Assembly (NCBI GenBank): GCA_040767195.1
Contig: JAXGPA010000006.1
Span: 75,084-139,083, forward strand
DNA from: Syntrophales bacterium
Lineage (GTDB): Bacteria; Desulfobacterota; Syntrophia; Syntrophales; UBA6807
Direction of reading: 5' to 3'
DNA length: 64,000 nucleotides
The notes beneath the pieces are model-generated. The model worked only from the letters and a program-made list of their open reading frames with translations. It ran no database searches and was not told the DNA's origin. The translations under genes were made by a program, and so were the position numbers. Shown here piece after piece: positions 59,071-64,000 of the stretch (the first letter of the stretch is position 1; each line of letters opens with the position of its first letter).

Positions 59071-60753
59071 AAGTTGGAGGTGTTTGCGGCAGGCTTCCAG
59101 CTCGCCGGCGGCGGCGTCCGTCTCCGCCTCCCAGAGGGAGACCAGCTCCTCCGCCATGCGGCGGTTCCACCCATCCGCCAGACCGTATATCACTTTTCGG
59201 GCCCGGATGTAAAATCGCCAGCCGACCAGGGCGAAGACCACCACGAGACTGCCCAGGGCGGCGAGCCCCCGGGGCGTGAAGAAGGCGGTGATGACGCCCC
59301 CCAGGGCCCTGAACCAGGCCGCCGGCGGGGACTGGGCCGTGAGCCCCCCGAGCTGGTCCCCCGCCAGGGCGGCGAAAAATCCGAGGAGAATGAACCCGTA
59401 AAGGGCATACTGGAACAGGCGGAAGAAGAACGCCCCGGGCGGGCGGATCCTCTCGAGGGCCGAAAGGAGGGTGTCCCGGACCTTACCCTCTCCCCCGGGG
59501 TCCCCGTCCCTCTCCAGGGGGCAGACCCGTTCCAGGGACCGCAGGTTCTCCCGGAGCACGACGGCCTTCCACTCTCTTCGCACCCGGCTGCCGTGGCTTT
59601 CCAGGGAGGCCCCCAGGTCCCGGAAGAACGTTCCCCCCGGGTCCCCGGCCGCCTGGCCCGTTCCGCCCCGGGAAGCCCCCCAGGCTTCCGCCGCCGAGGC
59701 GATCCCGTAGCCGGGCCCGACCAGGATCGCGCTGGGAGGCAGGCGGTCCCGGAGAACGGCCTTCCAGTCCTCCCTTTCGAGGTTCGCCGAGAGGGCGGTT
59801 TCGAATTCCCGCCGCCAGGCCTCCTTTTTCGACGGGATCGCCTCGATGAACGCCCCCAGGCGGCGCTCCAGCACCGCCACGGCGGCCCGTTCCCGGGCCA
59901 GGAGCTCCCGGAGCGACGCCGTTTCGGCATGGAGGTTGGCGGCCTTGATCTCCCGGACTTCCTTGAGGCTCCGCTCGTTGAAGAGCTGCTTCCTGAACTC
60001 GCCGAACCGGTTCCACGGCGAGACGTCCCCGCCTTTCAGGACCTCTTCGGCGGAAACCACGTACACGATGGGATCGGAAATCCCCCGGCCCCGCAGGTGG
60101 TCCCGGAAACGGTCGAGCACCTTGGCCATCTCCTCGTATCCGGCGCCGGCCCCGGGGCGGCCGAAGAAGAGATCCCCCTTGTTGAGGACGAAGTAAAAGT
60201 TCTCCCGGGCCCGGGGGGCCTCGTCGAGAAAATCGTAGAACCGGCCGTCGCCGTATTTCTCGGGGGAGGTCACCCAGTACAGGACGTCCAGGTGTTCCAG
60301 GAACCGGACCACCTTTTCCCGGTGTTCCCCGACGATGCTGTCGAAATCGGGAAGGTCGCACAGGATGATCTGGCCCACCGCTTCCGCCCCGTGGACGTAT
60401 TCCCGGGACGGCACATCCCGAAGGGGAAGGGATTCGGGCAGGGCCGTCCCCTCGTACCGGTAAACCAGCACGTCCTCCGTGTGGGGGCGGCGGTGGCTCG
60501 TGGAGGCGATCGGTTTCCCCGCCAGGGCGTTCATGAGGGACGACTTGCCCACGCCGGTCCCGCCGATGAGGCCCGCCAGGAGGGTGCCCCGCTCGATGTC
60601 CCCCACCTTCCCCAGGAGGCTCTCCACCCGGACCAGGGCCTCCCGGCGCTCCTCCCCGTCCAGGGTGACCAGGTCTTCCCGGCCGAGGAAGGCCTTCAGC
60701 CCGTTCAGGTCCTGCCGCAGGCCGCCGGCGGGGTCCCTCTTTTCCATGGTCAT
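59050..60753 (-). CDS. Dynamin-like GTPase 2 with C-terminal TM segments
   Basis: GGTGVGKSS, RPHT, DLPDFD, SPEKYGD, LNKGD; ATGA overlap with upstream GTPase. Confidence 0.8.
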   Translation of the reverse strand: MTMEKRDPAGGLRQDLNGLKAFLGREDLVTLDGEERREALVRVESLLGKVGDIERGTLLAGLIGGTGVGKSSLMNALAGKPIASTSHRRPHTEDVLVYRYEGTALPESLPLRDVPSREYVHGAEAVGQIILCDLPDFDSIVGEHREKVVRFLEHLDVLYWVTSPEKYGDGRFYDFLDEAPRARENFYFVLNKGDLFFGRPGAGAGYEEMAKVLDRFRDHLRGRGISDPIVYVVSAEEVLKGGDVSPWNRFGEFRKQLFNERSLKEVREIKAANLHAETASLRELLARERAAVAVLERRLGAFIEAIPSKKEAWRREFETALSANLEREDWKAVLRDRLPPSAILVGPGYGIASAAEAWGASRGGTGQAAGDPGGTFFRDLGASLESHGSRVRREWKAVVLRENLRSLERVCPLERDGDPGGEGKVRDTLLSALERIRPPGAFFFRLFQYALYGFILLGFFAALAGDQLGGLTAQSPPAAWFRALGGVITAFFTPRGLAALGSLVVVFALVGWRFYIRARKVIYGLADGWNRRMAEELVSLWEAETDAAAGELEACRKHLQLKGDVLK

Positions 60754-62438
60754 GCCTCCAGCTCTTCCCGGAGGGCGCGAAGCGCCTCCGTCGCCCCGGG
60801 GTCGGGCAGAAGCCCGTCGAGGCACCTCTCGAAGCGGGACGCCTGCTCCTCCAGGATGGACGATATTCCCGATTCATACCGCCTTTTCATCTCCAGGGCA
60901 ACCTTCCGGACCTCCTGGAAAGCGAAGAGTTCCGCCGAGCCCTTGGTGATGAACGGGGCGAGAAAGGACCCCAGGACGGCCTCGAGGAGGGAGATCCCGC
61001 CCCCGATGACGATCTCGAAGGAGAGAAGAAGCCCCCCCCACAGAATGGACGCCGTGTAGATCCCTACCTCCTTCGTTTTCGGAATTCCCCGCGACAGTTC
61101 CCGGAAGGTTTCCTGGAGCCACGCCGCGAGCCGGTCCTGTTCCTCCCGGATGCGGGCCTCCACCTCCTCCCTCTCCATGGAGACGCCGGTCTCCCGGAGG
61201 GCGGAAAAAAGAGGCGCCTTCTCGTCGGGCGGGGAAAGCCGCTCCAGGACGGCGAGCTGGAACTGGTCCACGGCGTTCCACAGGGGGGTGTTGTCCACCT
61301 TCTCCTGGATCTTTTTGACCTCGCGCCGCCGTTCCCTGTCCCATCCGAGAAGACCCGCCAGGCGCAGGGGGAAGAGAATGACTTCCCGGACGAATCGCCG
61401 GGGGCCCCGGAGAAGGTCGTACCGGGCGAAGATCCGGCCGATTTCCTTCTGAATGTGCCGTTTCCTCTCCTCCAGGTTCCGGGATTCCAGAACTGCGAGG
61501 AGGTCCCTGGCCGTCTCTTCGGAGAGGCCCCGGAGATTTTTCCGCCAGTCTTCGGCGGCCCGCCCTTCCTCCTCCAGGGCGTGGAGAAGCGCGAAGGCCC
61601 GGCCCGCCAGCCTCGACCGGGCCCGTTCCGCTTCCGCCGCCTTGACGGCGGGACAGGCCTCTTCCCCGTAGTGCTCGAAAAAATACGACCGGAAGACGCG
61701 GAAGGCGGGCAGGCCGTCCAGGTCCCCGGGACCGGCGGGGTAGACCCGGGGAACGAGAAAAACGGGAGGCCGTTTTGCCCCCTCGGCGGCCCCGGGGAAA
61801 AGGCGTTCCGCCTCGCCGGCGGTCATGTTCTCATCGGCCTTGTTCAGAACAAAAAGGTGGGGTTTCCCCTCTTCCAGGATTTTCCCGTAGTACCGGGCCG
61901 GCACCTCGTCGGCGTACTTTTCCTGGCTCGTCACGAAGATGACCACGTCGGAAAGGAGGTAGAGGTCTTCCGCCATGGTCCGGTTCCGGATCTCCACGCT
62001 GTCCACGTCGGGGGTGTCCACCAGGGCGAGGAAGCGCAGGTCCTCCCGGCGGTGGGTGATCACCGTGAGGACGCCCGGGCCGCCCGTTCTTTTTCCTTTT
62101 CCCGTGCCGCCGGCGAAGACCACCCGGATTTCCGGGAAGGGGAAGCCCTCCGCCGGGGAAAGGCTTTCGTGGATGAAAAGAACGGGCCCTTCCGTCTTCG
62201 GCCGCTCCACCCCCGCTTCGCTGATTTCCTCGCCGCACAGGGCGTTCAGGATCGTCGACTTCCCCGTCCCCGTCCCGCCCATGAGAACGGCCCACAGGAC
62301 CGGCACACCCGCCTTGTAACGGCAGGCGGCGAGCTCCCGGGGGAAGGTCCGTCCCAGGCGGGCGATCTTCCCGTATCCCGGCGTGAGGCCCGGGAAGCGA
62401 AGGCTCCCCGGTTCGAGGGCCGACAGGAACTGGTTCAC
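60750..62438 (-). CDS. Dynamin-like GTPase 1
   Basis: GGTGTGKST, RPKT, DTPDVD, SQEKYAD, LNKAD, helical stalk and hydrophobic paddle; GTG start after AAAGGA. Confidence 0.8.
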   Translation of the reverse strand: MNQFLSALEPGSLRFPGLTPGYGKIARLGRTFPRELAACRYKAGVPVLWAVLMGGTGTGKSTILNALCGEEISEAGVERPKTEGPVLFIHESLSPAEGFPFPEIRVVFAGGTGKGKRTGGPGVLTVITHRREDLRFLALVDTPDVDSVEIRNRTMAEDLYLLSDVVIFVTSQEKYADEVPARYYGKILEEGKPHLFVLNKADENMTAGEAERLFPGAAEGAKRPPVFLVPRVYPAGPGDLDGLPAFRVFRSYFFEHYGEEACPAVKAAEAERARSRLAGRAFALLHALEEEGRAAEDWRKNLRGLSEETARDLLAVLESRNLEERKRHIQKEIGRIFARYDLLRGPRRFVREVILFPLRLAGLLGWDRERRREVKKIQEKVDNTPLWNAVDQFQLAVLERLSPPDEKAPLFSALRETGVSMEREEVEARIREEQDRLAAWLQETFRELSRGIPKTKEVGIYTASILWGGLLLSFEIVIGGGISLLEAVLGSFLAPFITKGSAELFAFQEVRKVALEMKRRYESGISSILEEQASRFERCLDGLLPDPGATEALRALREELEA

Positions 62439-62667
62439 GGGATGTTTCCTTTCATGCCGGCTGTTTAAGAAACCGGCATGACTGGATTTACCAGATGGGC
62501 GGGAAAACATCAACGAAGACTTCAACGAAAGCAACGGAATCAGGCGGGGAGAGGCACGCCGGCGGTGCCCCCCTGTGACGGCCGACAGGGGGATTACGAT
62601 GCCTGGGGTCTTCCAGAGAAAACGCCCGTCTTGTATCGGTTGAAATTACCGTGTATTTTAGGAAACC

Positions 62668-64000
62668 ATGAAACGGGAGATCCTTTTCGTCAACCCCTGG
62701 ATTCACGATTTCGCCGCCTACGATTTCTGGGCGAAACCGCTGGGCCTTCTCCACCTTGCCGCCCTGGTGCGCCGAAATGGGTTTCCCGTCAGGCTCGTCG
62801 ACTGTCTCGACGGGAGCCGCCTTCCCGGGCCGGGCGCCGGCGGAACGGGGAAGCCGAAGCGGAAAGGCGACGGGTCGGGACACTTCCCCAAGGAAAAGCT
62901 CCCCAGGCCCGGGGCCCTTCGAGACATCCCGAGAACCTTCCGCCGGTACGGCCTGCCGCCGCCCGCCGTCCGGGATATCCTGGCCGGGATCCCCGCCCCG
63001 GCCCTCATCCTGGTGACCGCCATGATGACCTACTGGTACACCGGGGTCCGGGAAACGGTCGATCTCCTCCGGGAAGTCTTCCCGGGCGTTCCCGTGATCC
63101 TCGGGGGCAATTACGCCTCCCTCCTCCCGGACCACGCCCGGCGCCATGCCGGGGCGGACCGGGTCGTCACCGGCCGGGGCGAGGCGGCCCTCCCCGGCCT
63201 TTTCCGGGAGTTCCTGGGAGAGGACCTCTCCTTCATCCCCCCGGGGGAACGGCCGGACGACGCCCCCTGCCCCGCCTTTGACCTCTATCCCCGCCTCGAA
63301 CAGGTTTCCCTTCTCACCTCCCGGGGCTGCCCTTACCGCTGCACCTACTGCGCCTCCGCCTTTCTCGGCGGCCCTTTCACCGCCCGGGACCCCATCGCCG
63401 TGGTCGACGAGGTGGAACACTGGAAACGGACCCGGGGCGTCCGCCATTTCGCTTTCTACGACGACGCCCTCCTGTGGCGGAGCGCGGAGCGGGCGGTGCC
63501 CATGATGGAGGAGATCATCCGGCGGAACCTGGACTGCGCCTTCCACTGCCCCAACGGCCTTCATCTCCGGGAGGTCACGGAAAAAACGGCCCGGCTCATG
63601 AGAAAGAGCGGTTTCCGGACGATCCGGTTCGGCTTCGAGACGGCCAACCTCCGGCGGCAGGCCGAAACGGGGGGCAAGGTCACCAGCGACGAGACGAAGG
63701 AGGCGGTGGGCCATCTCCGGCGGGCGGGCTACGAAAGGGCGGACATCGGCCTCTACCTCCTGTGCGGGCTTCCCGGCCAGGGCGCCGGGGAGGTCCGGGA
63801 GGGCATTGCGTTCATCGAAAACTGCGGCGCCCGGCCCATCCTGGCCGAGTATTCCCCCATTCCTCACACGGCCCTGTGGCCGGAAGCCGTCGCCGCCTCC
63901 CCCTTCGACATCGCCGGGGAGCCCCTCTTCCAGAATAACACCCTCCTGCCCTGCCAAAGCGGCGCCCTGACCCTGGCGGATTACCGGGAGCTGAAGGCCC
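62668..64000 (+). CDS. B12-binding radical SAM protein, runs off window end (absent from ORF track)
   Basis: MKREILFVNPWIHDFAAYDFWAKPLGL..., ILGGNYAS, RGCPYRCTYCAS, FYDDAL, FGFET. Confidence 0.88.
   Translation, partial: MKREILFVNPWIHDFAAYDFWAKPLGLLHLAALVRRNGFPVRLVDCLDGSRLPGPGAGGTGKPKRKGDGSGHFPKEKLPRPGALRDIPRTFRRYGLPPPAVRDILAGIPAPALILVTAMMTYWYTGVRETVDLLREVFPGVPVILGGNYASLLPDHARRHAGADRVVTGRGEAALPGLFREFLGEDLSFIPPGERPDDAPCPAFDLYPRLEQVSLLTSRGCPYRCTYCASAFLGGPFTARDPIAVVDEVEHWKRTRGVRHFAFYDDALLWRSAERAVPMMEEIIRRNLDCAFHCPNGLHLREVTEKTARLMRKSGFRTIRFGFETANLRRQAETGGKVTSDETKEAVGHLRRAGYERADIGLYLLCGLPGQGAGEVREGIAFIENCGARPILAEYSPIPHTALWPEAVAASPFDIAGEPLFQNNTLLPCQSGALTLADYRELKA

Noticed and set aside
62668..64000. 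B12 radical SAM as maturase for the peptide array
   Set aside because: About 28 kb away, no RRE or SPASM features visible; nothing links it to the peptides

Overview
High-GC bacterial chromosome segment; the gene content resembles Syntrophales/Desulfobacterota (inference). Most of it is housekeeping: aspS, UvrD-type helicase, adk, lpxH, lptFG, ahcY, a divergent metK, panCD with a pan-type attenuator leader, lysC, tsaE, acpS, folP, ftsH, tilS, rlmI, dnaE, guaB, dtd and tRNA-Pro(GGG). Best candidate for an undescribed system: seven 39-48 codon ORFs missing from the ORF track (29112-29397 and 33343-34441). All carry a lasso/RRE-type leader (Y-[EQ]-K-P-x-L-x-x-x-x-x-L-x-D). They form repeated units of promoter, A peptide, 10-nt gap and B peptide (the last unit has only B), and units 2-4 end in a near-identical terminator. 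A peptides have variable cores and a conserved C-terminal LGCTR[FL]; one has an in-frame TAG. No maturase lies nearby, and an acs-ACT segment splits the array. Also notable: a class III PHA cluster with a second PhaC-like Cys hydrolase and an Ala/Lys/Pro-tailed PhaC; a MerR-HTH/degenerate-cyclase fusion with multiple operator-like repeats; a tandem dynamin-like GTPase pair; a PI-PLC-like lipoprotein cassette; and three families of short inverted-repeat elements, several of which supply gene stop codons. All calls come from manual reading of motifs; no database searches were run.
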